From a virus: a DNA stretch of 64,000 nt. Shown one piece after another: positions 33,635 through 41,123 of the stretch. A model generated the notes under the pieces. It was not told where the DNA came from. It did not search any database and worked only from the letters and a program-made list of their open reading frames with translations. Position numbers and translations under genes: made by a program. How positions within the stretch are numbered: the stretch's first letter is position 1; each line of letters begins with the position of its first letter. The stretch lies in the UHGV virus genome UHGV-0038498. One strand, 5' to 3'.

Positions 33635-33863
33635 GTGAAAACCAATTACTGTTAAAGAATTCCAAGAAAAAGTTAAACTATTTGCTCAGGAATTGGTAAA
33701 TAAGGTTTCTGAACGATTTCCAGAAACATCGGTTCGTGTTATTACCGAAACTCCTCGTTCAGTATTAGTAATTGTGAATCCAGGTGATGGTGACCAAATA
33801 ACACATCTCAAATTGGATTTTGATGGATTAGTTGAAGCACAAAGGGTGTATGGCGTACTATGA
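33628..33863 (+). pseudogene. small gene disrupted by a frameshift at an A-run (or expressed by slippage)
   Basis: ATG 33628 with AAGGAG RBS opens a 23-codon frame; a protein-like 74-codon frame (33639-33863) has no ATG; one extra A in the A4 run at 33638-33641 would fuse them. Confidence 0.4.
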
Positions 33864-34198
33864 TGAATTTAACTGATATAATTGATAATTGTCTTGAAAA
33901 TGATACTGGCGATCATAGAGCGCTTGACTCTGAAACAGCTCAGTTCATTAGAATAACTTTAATGAACGATACTCTAGTGAATAGTATTCATCCTTCTGTG
34001 TATGATGCTATTATTGTGACGAAGTATCCGGTTGAGCTTCACAAAAAGATTGTTGGCGCAATTTTTATTGATAAGAAAAACCGCTTTAAAGATGGGCAGA
34101 ATATAATTAGTTCTGTTATTAAAAGTATAACTAAACTTCGTCACGAAATTTATCGTGTTGAAACTGCTAAATCTGCTTATCTGGTGATTATGAAATGA
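33860..34198 (+). CDS. hypothetical protein
   Basis: 112-aa ORF; ATGA overlap with cd start. Confidence 0.5.
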   Translation: MMNLTDIIDNCLENDTGDHRALDSETAQFIRITLMNDTLVNSIHPSVYDAIIVTKYPVELHKKIVGAIFIDKKNRFKDGQNIISSVIKSITKLRHEIYRVETAKSAYLVIMK

Positions 34199-34776
34199 AA
34201 GCGAGTACAGTACTTCAAATTGCATATTTAGTATCACAAGAATCAAAATGTTGCTCCTGGAAGGTAGGAGCAGTAATTGAAAAGAATGGACGTATTATTT
34301 CTACCGGATATAATGGTTCACCTGCCGGGGGTGTGAACTGCTGCGATTATGCTGCTGAGCAAGGTTGGTTGCTGAATAAGCCTAAACATACTATCATTCA
34401 AGGCCATAAGCCCGAATGCGTATCATTTGGTTCAACTGATCGTTTTGTCTTGACGAAAGAACATCGTAGCGCGCACTCTGAATGGTCGTCTAAAAATGAA
34501 ATTCATGCTGAACTAAATGCGATTTTGTTTGCTGCGCGAAATGGTTCTTCAATTGAAGGTGCTACTATGTATGTAACACTTTCTCCTTGCCCAGATTGTG
34601 CAAAAGCAATAGCTCAATCTGGAATTAAAAAGCTGGTTTATTGCGAAACATACGATAAAAATAAACCTGGCTGGGATGATATTCTGCGAAATGCAGGTAT
34701 TGAAGTGTTTAATGTTCCTAAGAAAAACTTGAATAAGTTAAACTGGGAAAATATCAACGAATTCTGTGGTGAATAA
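34195..34776 (+). CDS. cd: dCMP deaminase
   Basis: 193-aa ORF with zinc-binding HAELNA and PCPDCA; matches T4 Cd. Confidence 0.92.
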   Translation: MKASTVLQIAYLVSQESKCCSWKVGAVIEKNGRIISTGYNGSPAGGVNCCDYAAEQGWLLNKPKHTIIQGHKPECVSFGSTDRFVLTKEHRSAHSEWSSKNEIHAELNAILFAARNGSSIEGATMYVTLSPCPDCAKAIAQSGIKKLVYCETYDKNKPGWDDILRNAGIEVFNVPKKNLNKLNWENINEFCGE

Positions 34777-35012
34777 TGAAATTTCGTTTGGTACAGCTCA
34801 CAGCAATTAGTTCTTATTCTAACGAGAACATTTCATTTGCTGTAGAGTATAAGAAGTATTTTTTCTCTAGGTGGAAACAGTATTATAAGTCAGAATGGGT
34901 TTGTATTGATAGGCCGTATAGTTGGAAATCTGATTTAGAAAAATGCCAAAAGTTGCTTTCCACTCTTAAAGAACGTGGAACAACTCATATTAAAACTGTA
35001 ATAGGTAAATAA
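34776..35012 (+). CDS. hypothetical protein
   Basis: 78-aa ORF. Confidence 0.5.
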   Translation: MKFRLVQLTAISSYSNENISFAVEYKKYFFSRWKQYYKSEWVCIDRPYSWKSDLEKCQKLLSTLKERGTTHIKTVIGK

Positions 35013-35321
35013 ATGAAATTGACGACTGAACAAAAAGTAGCAATTCGTGAAATTTTGAAAACTAAATTGTCCATGGGTATTTCAAACGTAGTTTTTGAAA
35101 AGTCTGATGGTACTATTCGTACTATGAAAGGTACTCGTGATGCAGACTTTATGCCAACCATGCAAACCGGTAAATTGACTGAATCTGCTCGGAAAGAATC
35201 TACTGATATGATTCCAGTATTTGATGTTGAGCTTGGTGCATGGCGAGGTTTTTCTATTGACAAATTGATTTCCGTTAATGGTATGAAAGTTGAGCATTTG
35301 CTTCAATTTATTGGTAAATAA
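35013..35321 (+). CDS. hypothetical protein
   Basis: 102-aa ORF. Confidence 0.5.
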   Translation: MKLTTEQKVAIREILKTKLSMGISNVVFEKSDGTIRTMKGTRDADFMPTMQTGKLTESARKESTDMIPVFDVELGAWRGFSIDKLISVNGMKVEHLLQFIGK

Positions 35322-35347
35322 ATGCTTTAAGAATTATTTGTTATTAT
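35321..35347 (+). promoter_or_regulatory. candidate MotA-dependent middle promoter for gene 31
   Basis: MotA-box-like AAATGCTTTAA (TGCTT at 35323-35327) and TATTAT at 35342-35347, 14 nt apart. Confidence 0.4.
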
Positions 35348-35378
35348 TAATTCATCTGTTAACAAAAAGGAAAAAACG

Positions 35379-35714
35379 ATGTCTGAAGTACAACAGCTAC
35401 CAATTCGTGCTGTCGGTGAATATGTTATTTTAGTTTCTGAACCTGCACAAGCCGGTGATGAAGAAGTTACAGAATCAGGACTTATTATCGGTAAACGTGT
35501 TCAAGGTGAAGTTCCTGAACTGTGTGTAATTCACTCTGTTGGTCCTGATGTTCCTGAAGGTTTCTGTGAAGTTGGTGATTTGACTTCTCTTCCAGTTGGT
35601 CAAATTCGAAACGTTCCGCATCCTTTTGTAGCTTTGGGTCTTAAGCAGCCAAAAGAAATTAAACAAAAATTCGTTACCTGTCACTATAAAGCTATTCCGT
35701 GTCTTTATAAGTGA
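35379..35714 (+). CDS. 31: co-chaperonin gp31 (GroES analogue for capsid folding)
   Basis: 111-aa [41 protein letters not shown]... matching T4 gp31. Confidence 0.9.
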   Translation: MSEVQQLPIRAVGEYVILVSEPAQAGDEEVTESGLIIGKRVQGEVPELCVIHSVGPDVPEGFCEVGDLTSLPVGQIRNVPHPFVALGLKQPKEIKQKFVTCHYKAIPCLYK

Positions 35715-35722
35715 TATAAATA
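35715..35722 (+). promoter_or_regulatory. late promoter (TATAAATA) downstream of gene 31, upstream of rIII
   Basis: Exact TATAAATA immediately after the gene 31 stop. Confidence 0.5.
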
Positions 35723-35840
35723 ATAATATGAATTGGGTTTCAATTCTATGTGGTAGTCTACAACTGAGAGATCTGTCGAAAGAAGATGAAATTCAGAAGA
35801 ACGTGACTACCGAGTTTTAATCTCTAACGAGAATTTTTAA

Positions 35841-36089
35841 ATGATTAAACAATTACAACACGCTCTTGAACTGCAACGAAACGCATGGAATAATGGTCAC
35901 GAAAACTATGGCGCATCTATTGATGTTGAAGCCGAAGCTCTTGAAATCCTGCGTTATTTCAAACATCTGAATCCTGCTCAAACTGCATTAGCTGCTGAGC
36001 TTCAGGAAAAAGATGAACTTAAATATGCTAAGCCTCTGGCTTCTGCCGCACGAAAAGCAGTTCGTCACTTTGTGGTAACACTGAAGTAA
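35841..36089 (+). CDS. rIII: lysis inhibition accessory protein rIII
   Basis: 82-aa ORF MIKQLQHALELQRNAWNNGHENYGASIDVEAEALEIL... matching T4 rIII as recalled. Confidence 0.85.
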   Translation: MIKQLQHALELQRNAWNNGHENYGASIDVEAEALEILRYFKHLNPAQTALAAELQEKDELKYAKPLASAARKAVRHFVVTLK

Positions 36090-36208
36090 TTATGTTGACG
36101 AGGTTTATGGTTATCCTGTCGGTAAATATTCAAAACCTAAGTACCCCTTGAGGGCTTTCGCAGGCAATGCCAATAAGTCCTGCATTTTCATTTAAAAGAG
36201 AATTTATA

Positions 36209-36385
36209 ATGGCAAAACAAGCTAAAGCAAAGAAAGCAGTTGAAAAGAAAGTTGGTGATTCTAAACGCGCTGGTTACAAGCGTGGGTCGAACTCTCGTAT
36301 CAATCAAACTGTTGAGAAGATCATGCGCCGAGCACGTGCGGTTCTTCGAGATGATGCTTCTCGTTTTGGTAAGCAGAAAGCATAA
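36209..36385 (+). CDS. small basic hypothetical protein (30.9-like position)
   Basis: ATG at 36209 (MAKQAKAKKAVEKKVGDSKR...) within the track ORF 36167; followed by a strong terminator. Confidence 0.45.
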   Translation: MAKQAKAKKAVEKKVGDSKRAGYKRGSNSRINQTVEKIMRRARAVLRDDASRFGKQKA

Positions 36386-36389
36386 GTTG

Positions 36390-36415
36390 AGGACTCCTTC
36401 GGGAGTCCTTTTTTA
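36390..36415 (+). terminator. rho-independent terminator
   Basis: AGGACTCC-ttcg-GGAGTCCT hairpin followed by a T-run. Confidence 0.75.
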
Positions 36416-36438
36416 TTTTCCAAAGATTGCATAAAGTT

Positions 36439-36468
36439 GTTTACAGTATAGTTCCTTTGTGATAGTAT
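36439..36468 (+). promoter_or_regulatory. early promoter
   Basis: GTTTAC at 36439-36444, TAGTAT at 36463-36468; imperfect inverted repeat flanks the -10. Confidence 0.55.
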
Positions 36469-36495
36469 TATCTTACACAAACAAAGGAGAATAAA

Positions 36496-36864
36496 ATGAA
36501 AATCAATCTTAACTCATACATCAAAGGTAAAGATCACGACGGCTATAAAGCTATCGAAACTAAAGAACTTCAGTGGCATTTATATAAAGAACAATTTGAA
36601 TTCGTAGATTGTATGACTCCTGAAGGTCCTTCTGATGATTTCTCTTGGAAAATAATGTTAACTAACTTTTTTACTGGAGATACATACGAATTAAAAACTT
36701 TGATTCTTGGTAAAATTCGCTGTGAGACTTATGAAGATAAAGAAACTGGTTACTCTGAAGATGTTACATGGTATCAAAATGGTCGTATTACCGCTGACCT
36801 CTTGATTGAAAAAATGAAAGCCAAAGGTGAATTAAATTTAGATAATTGGATTAAAGTTGCATAA
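36496..36864 (+). CDS. hypothetical protein (30.8-like position)
   Basis: 122-aa ORF with AAGGAG RBS. Confidence 0.55.
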   Translation: MKINLNSYIKGKDHDGYKAIETKELQWHLYKEQFEFVDCMTPEGPSDDFSWKIMLTNFFTGDTYELKTLILGKIRCETYEDKETGYSEDVTWYQNGRITADLLIEKMKAKGELNLDNWIKVA

Positions 36865-36868
36865 AATA

Positions 36869-36897
36869 GTTTACTTTGGTACAGGATATGATATTAT
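36869..36897 (+). promoter_or_regulatory. early promoter with perfect 8-bp inverted repeat around the -10
   Basis: GTTTAC at 36869-36874, TATTAT at 36892-36897; arms GGTACAGG (36878-36885) and CCTGTACC (36901-36908). Confidence 0.55.
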
Positions 36898-36934
36898 ATA
36901 CCTGTACCGCAATTAAACATCTTGGAGAATAAAA

Positions 36935-37300
36935 ATGAACTACATCAACTTTGAACGTAAATATGTTTCTAATGGTATTGCAGGTTCTATTGATACTATC
37001 TGCCTTTGGAAACATCAAAATGGATCAGTATGCGAAATTGAACAGTATATGACTCCTAACTACGTTTATATGCGATTTGAAAATGGCATCACGGTTTCAA
37101 TCACAATGGAAGGTTCCAACTTCAAAATTGCTTTGGATGATGATTTTCGTCAACGCGATTTAGGGACTCATCCTTGCTGGAATGGCGTTAATCGCAAGCT
37201 TCTGGTTAAAACTTGGATTCGTCATATTCTGAGTAACAGAGCTAAACCTGAGCATCTTGAAGCAATCTTTGATGTAGTTCTTAACGAATTTGATATTTAA
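36935..37300 (+). CDS. hypothetical protein (30.7-like position)
   Basis: 121-aa ORF with GGAGAAT RBS. Confidence 0.55.
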   Translation: MNYINFERKYVSNGIAGSIDTICLWKHQNGSVCEIEQYMTPNYVYMRFENGITVSITMEGSNFKIALDDDFRQRDLGTHPCWNGVNRKLLVKTWIRHILSNRAKPEHLEAIFDVVLNEFDI

Positions 37301-37308
37301 AATAAAAT

Positions 37309-37326
37309 GAGGGGCTTCGGCCCCTT
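37309..37326 (+). other. intercistronic RNA hairpin (weak terminator/stabiliser)
   Basis: GAGGGGC-ttcg-GCCCCTT stem-loop with UUCG loop, no clear T-run. Confidence 0.4.
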
Positions 37327-37341
37327 ACTGAGGAAAATACT

Positions 37342-37629
37342 ATGTTTATGACTACTTATTTTGATACCCGCAAAAATTTCTGTGAAGTGGTTTTCTCTAA
37401 GGCGCCTAAAGACCTTCCTGCTCATTTGCAACCTACCAGCGAATCGATTAAAAACTACGTTAATGTAGTATGTCCTTTAGAGTTCCGTACTGTAAATGGG
37501 CGCGATACTTTAGCTATCACTAAACTCAATCGTGAAATTGACATTGACCCTTCAATTGCGCGTGAAATTAACATTTCTGATATTGGCGGCGGTAATGTTA
37601 AATCGCATGGCTTTCAGATGAGATTTTAA
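37342..37629 (+). CDS. hypothetical protein
   Basis: 95-aa ORF with GAGGAAAA RBS. Confidence 0.5.
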   Translation: MFMTTYFDTRKNFCEVVFSKAPKDLPAHLQPTSESIKNYVNVVCPLEFRTVNGRDTLAITKLNREIDIDPSIAREINISDIGGGNVKSHGFQMRF

Positions 37630-37633
37630 TAAA

Positions 37634-37849
37634 ATGTTTAAGAAATTAATTCAGAAATTATTAGGTACGGAAATGGTTGAAGTTACTTATCGTGTGACTG
37701 ACGTTTCTCCTCTCACAGAAGACCATTTAGAGCCATATATTATGACAATTAAAATGCTTAAATATGATGGCGGATTATCTATTGAAGACCGTTTACCGGG
37801 TTACGGTCATTGGGCTGATGTTGAAATTATAAGTATTAAAGATGTCTGA
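37634..37849 (+). CDS. hypothetical protein
   Basis: 71-aa ORF. Confidence 0.5.
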   Translation: MFKKLIQKLLGTEMVEVTYRVTDVSPLTEDHLEPYIMTIKMLKYDGGLSIEDRLPGYGHWADVEIISIKDV

Positions 37850-38300
37850 ATTAGAGATTAGAAGCAATTTTAAATGGCCATCATGTGCATTAAGTAATTT
37901 CGCCCAATGGCCTTTCGTTATGGATGGCATTCAATTTGGAGGTCTCGAAGGATTCCTCCAAGGGTGTAAGGTGAAAAATGTTGAACAGCAAAGACGTATA
38001 TTTGGGTTATCCGGGCTTGCCGCCCAACAAGCTGGAAGGTCTTATGCTAGAGCTCAGGACCGTGGGACGTTGTTCTGGCTTGGAGTTCCGTTTTCAAGAT
38101 ACTCTCCGGCGTGGAAAGAATTATACACAAATGCATATTTTGAAGCAGCGTTCCAAAACAAAGGCTTTCGCGATGCATTACAAGCCTCGAAAGGAAAAGT
38201 TTTGAAGCACAGCATGGCTAGTGGTCTAACAAAAGATGATACAATACTAACCGAAGCTGAATTTATTGATGTGTTAAACCTATTAAGAGACTCTCTATGA
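37842..38300 (+). CDS. NADAR/YbiA-like protein (candidate ADP-ribose-processing hydrolase)
   Basis: 152-aa ORF; LSNFAQWPFVMDGIQFGGLEGFLQGCKV resembles the YbiA/NADAR core (FSNFAAWP...DG...EHYFQAQKF) as recalled. Confidence 0.5.
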   Translation: MSELEIRSNFKWPSCALSNFAQWPFVMDGIQFGGLEGFLQGCKVKNVEQQRRIFGLSGLAAQQAGRSYARAQDRGTLFWLGVPFSRYSPAWKELYTNAYFEAAFQNKGFRDALQASKGKVLKHSMASGLTKDDTILTEAEFIDVLNLLRDSL

Positions 38301-39160
38301 AGCCTACTATTTTAACTGATATTGATGGAGTATGTTTAAGCTGGCAATCAGGTCTTCCTTATTTTGCTCAGAAATATAATCTTCCGTTAGAACATATTTT
38401 AAAAATGATCCAAGATGAGAAATTTATTTCTCCAGGTAAACTCTTTAATTGTGATGAAGAACTCGGTGTCAAGCTAATTGAAAAATACAATCGATCAGAT
38501 TTTATTCGTTACTTGTCTCCATATAAAGATGCCCTGTGTGTAATTAACAAATTAAAAGAAGATTATAATTTTGTAGCTGTTACAGCATTGGGTGATTCTA
38601 TTGACGCTCTGCTGAATCGTCAATTTAATTTGAATGCTCTTTTTCCTGGTGCCTTCTCAGAAGTAATGATGTGTGGTCATGATTCTTCAAAAGAAGAGTT
38701 ATTCAAAAAGGCAAAAGAGAAATATAACGTAATTTGTTATATTGACGATCTTGCTCACCACTGCGATCATGCGAGTGAAATATTAAATGTTCCGGTTTAT
38801 TGGATGGCTCGAGGAGAGCGTGACAATATTCCAAAAACTGCGCAGCGAGTTTATACATGGAATGATGTAGAAAATAAGCTTTTTTCACCGAAGGAAAATA
38901 AAGAAAGTTTTGATAGTGAAAAAGCTATAAAAGATGTAATTGAGAAGATGGTTAAAAACGATTCTTTTCGTTGGAACACTACCTGGAGAACTCCTGGATT
39001 TAATCCGTATAATCCATATTATACACATCCATATAATCCATATTATACACACCCGTATCATATGAATCCATTCCATACGTGGAGTTATACTAAGCCTGGT
39101 GATGCAGGGTATTTTAATAGATTTACTAGTGGTGATAATATTTTCCAAGGAGCATTCTAA
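38297..39160 (+). CDS. HAD-superfamily hydrolase-like protein (possible nucleotidase) with P/Y-rich repeat tail
   Basis: 287-aa ORF beginning MKPTILTDIDGVCLSW (HAD motif I DxDGV); C-terminal PYNPYYTH tandem repeats. Confidence 0.5.
   Translation: MKPTILTDIDGVCLSWQSGLPYFAQKYNLPLEHILKMIQDEKFISPGKLFNCDEELGVKLIEKYNRSDFIRYLSPYKDALCVINKLKEDYNFVAVTALGDSIDALLNRQFNLNALFPGAFSEVMMCGHDSSKEELFKKAKEKYNVICYIDDLAHHCDHASEILNVPVYWMARGERDNIPKTAQRVYTWNDVENKLFSPKENKESFDSEKAIKDVIEKMVKNDSFRWNTTWRTPGFNPYNPYYTHPYNPYYTHPYHMNPFHTWSYTKPGDAGYFNRFTSGDNIFQGAF
39005..39076 (+). repeat. 24-bp tandem repeat (2 copies plus a degenerate third) inside the HAD-like ORF
   Basis: CCGTATAATCCATATTATACACAT / CCATATAATCCATATTATACACAC / CCGTATCATATGAATCCATTCCAT, encoding PYNPYYTH repeats. 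Confidence 0.7.
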
Positions 39161-39429
39161 TGTTTGTCGTTCACACTATTTATGAAAATGAAGGTAATAC
39201 TACACGCGATTACGGTCACGTGAATCAATTTTTTAGATGCAATCCAGAATTCCGAGCTCAAAAAGACGAACGAATTTTTAAAAAATGTGTAGAGCAAGGT
39301 TTCATTTATATCAAGCACTGGATGCAAGGAAATAAAGTTAGAACTACATATCATAGGTCTTTAACTGAGCTTAATGATGAATTGATTTATAATAGAGCTG
39401 TAAATCAAACTCTGAAGGATGAACAATGA
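39160..39429 (+). CDS. hypothetical protein (30.1-like position)
   Basis: 89-aa ORF; ATGA overlap with the DNA ligase start. Confidence 0.5.
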   Translation: MFVVHTIYENEGNTTRDYGHVNQFFRCNPEFRAQKDERIFKKCVEQGFIYIKHWMQGNKVRTTYHRSLTELNDELIYNRAVNQTLKDEQ

Positions 39430-40889
39430 TTCTTAAAATTCTGAATGAAATAGCATCTATTGGATCAACTAAGCAGAAGCAAGCAATTCTTGAAAAGAAT
39501 AAAGATAATGAATTGCTTAAACGAGTATATCGTCTGACTTATTCTCGTGGGTTACAGTATTATATCAAGAAATGGCCTAAGCCTGGTATTGCTACCCAGA
39601 GTTTTGGAATGCTGACTATTACCGATATGCTTGACTTCATTGAATTCACGTTAGCTACTCGGAAATTGACCGGAAATGCTGCAATTGAGGAATTGACTGG
39701 ATATATCACCGATGGTAAAAAGGATGATGTTGAAGTTTTGCGTCGAGTGATGATGCGAGACCTTGAATGCGGTGCTTCAGTATCTATTGCAAACAAAGTT
39801 TGGCCAGGTTTAATTCCCGAACAACCTCAAATGCTGGCAAGTTCTTATGATGAAAAAGGCATCAGTAAGAATATCAAATTTCCAGCTTTTGCACAGTTAA
39901 AAGCAGATGGAGCTCGGTGTTTTGCTGAAGTCCGAGGTGATGAATTAGATGATGTTCGTCTTTTATCACGAGCTGGTAATGAATATCTAGGATTAGATCT
40001 TCTTAAGGAAGAGTTAATCAAAATGACTGCTGAAGCCCGCCAGATTCATCCAGAAGGTGTGTTAATTGATGGCGAATTGGTATACCACGAGCAAGTTAAA
40101 AAGGAACCAGAAGGCCTAGATTTTCTTTTTGATGCTTATCCTGAAATTAGTAAAGCTAAAGAATTCGCCGAAGTAGCGGAATCTCGTACTGCTTCTAATG
40201 GAATCGCCAATAAATCCTTAAAAGGAACCATTTCCGAAAAAGAAGCTCAATGCATGAAGTTTCAGGTCTGGGATTATGTCCCGTTGGTAGAAATATACGG
40301 TCTTCCGGCGTTTCGTTTAAAATATGATGTACGTTTTTCTAAACTAGAACAAATGACATCAGGATATGATAAAGTAATTTTAATTGAAAACCAGGTAGTA
40401 AATAACCTAGATGAAGCTAAGGTAATTTATAAAAAGTATATTGACCAAGGTCTTGAAGGTATTATTCTCAAAAATATCGATGGATTATGGGAAAATGCTC
40501 GTTCAAAAAATCTCTATAAATTTAAAGAAGTAATTGATGTTGATTTAAAAATTGTAGGAATTTATCCTCACCGTAAAGACCCTACTAAAGCAGGTGGATT
40601 TATTCTTGAATCAGAGTGTGGAAAAATTAAAGTAAATGCTGGTTCAGGCTTAAAAGATAAAGCCGGTGTAAAATCACATGAACTTGACCGTACTCGCATT
40701 ATGGAAAACCAAAATTATTATATTGGAAAAATTCTAGAGTGCGAATGCAACGGTTGGCTAAAATCTGATGGCCGCACTGATTACGTTAAATTATTTCTTC
40801 CGATTGCGATTCGTTTACGTGAAGATAAAACTAAAGCTAATACATTCGAGGATGTATTTGGTGATTTTCATGAGGTAACTGGTCTATGA
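39426..40889 (+). CDS. 30: ATP-dependent DNA ligase gp30
   Basis: 487-aa ORF MILKILNEIASIGSTKQKQAILEKNKDNELLKRVYRL..., adenylation motif KADGARC; matches T4 gp30. Confidence 0.93.
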   Translation: MILKILNEIASIGSTKQKQAILEKNKDNELLKRVYRLTYSRGLQYYIKKWPKPGIATQSFGMLTITDMLDFIEFTLATRKLTGNAAIEELTGYITDGKKDDVEVLRRVMMRDLECGASVSIANKVWPGLIPEQPQMLASSYDEKGISKNIKFPAFAQLKADGARCFAEVRGDELDDVRLLSRAGNEYLGLDLLKEELIKMTAEARQIHPEGVLIDGELVYHEQVKKEPEGLDFLFDAYPEISKAKEFAEVAESRTASNGIANKSLKGTISEKEAQCMKFQVWDYVPLVEIYGLPAFRLKYDVRFSKLEQMTSGYDKVILIENQVVNNLDEAKVIYKKYIDQGLEGIILKNIDGLWENARSKNLYKFKEVIDVDLKIVGIYPHRKDPTKAGGFILESECGKIKVNAGSGLKDKAGVKSHELDRTRIMENQNYYIGKILECECNGWLKSDGRTDYVKLFLPIAIRLREDKTKANTFEDVFGDFHEVTGL

Positions 40890-41074
40890 AAGCTTACTTA
40901 GAAACAATTGTCGTTGCTCAAAAAGAAGGTGAAGATGTTTCTACTTCTGTATCACAAATTATGATTGAATTTATAGATGCATATGCTTATAATAAATTCA
41001 CAGAAACATTTGATGCCTATGAAAAAGGTCCAAAGTTTGAAATATATCGTACTCTCTTACCAATAGATTATTAA
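40886..41074 (+). CDS. hypothetical protein
   Basis: 62-aa ORF overlapping the ligase stop. Confidence 0.45.
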   Translation: MKAYLETIVVAQKEGEDVSTSVSQIMIEFIDAYAYNKFTETFDAYEKGPKFEIYRTLLPIDY

Positions 41075-41095
41075 AGGCCTTCGGGCCTTTAATTT
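41073..41095 (+). terminator. rho-independent terminator
   Basis: AAAGGCC-ttcg-GGCCTTT hairpin followed by AATTTT. Confidence 0.65.
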
Positions 41096-41103
41096 TATAA
41101 ATA
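41096..41103 (+). promoter_or_regulatory. late promoter (TATAAATA) for alt
   Basis: Exact TATAAATA 21 nt upstream of the alt ATG, right after the terminator. Confidence 0.65.
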
Positions 41104-41123
41104 GAATAAACACTAGAGAGGAT

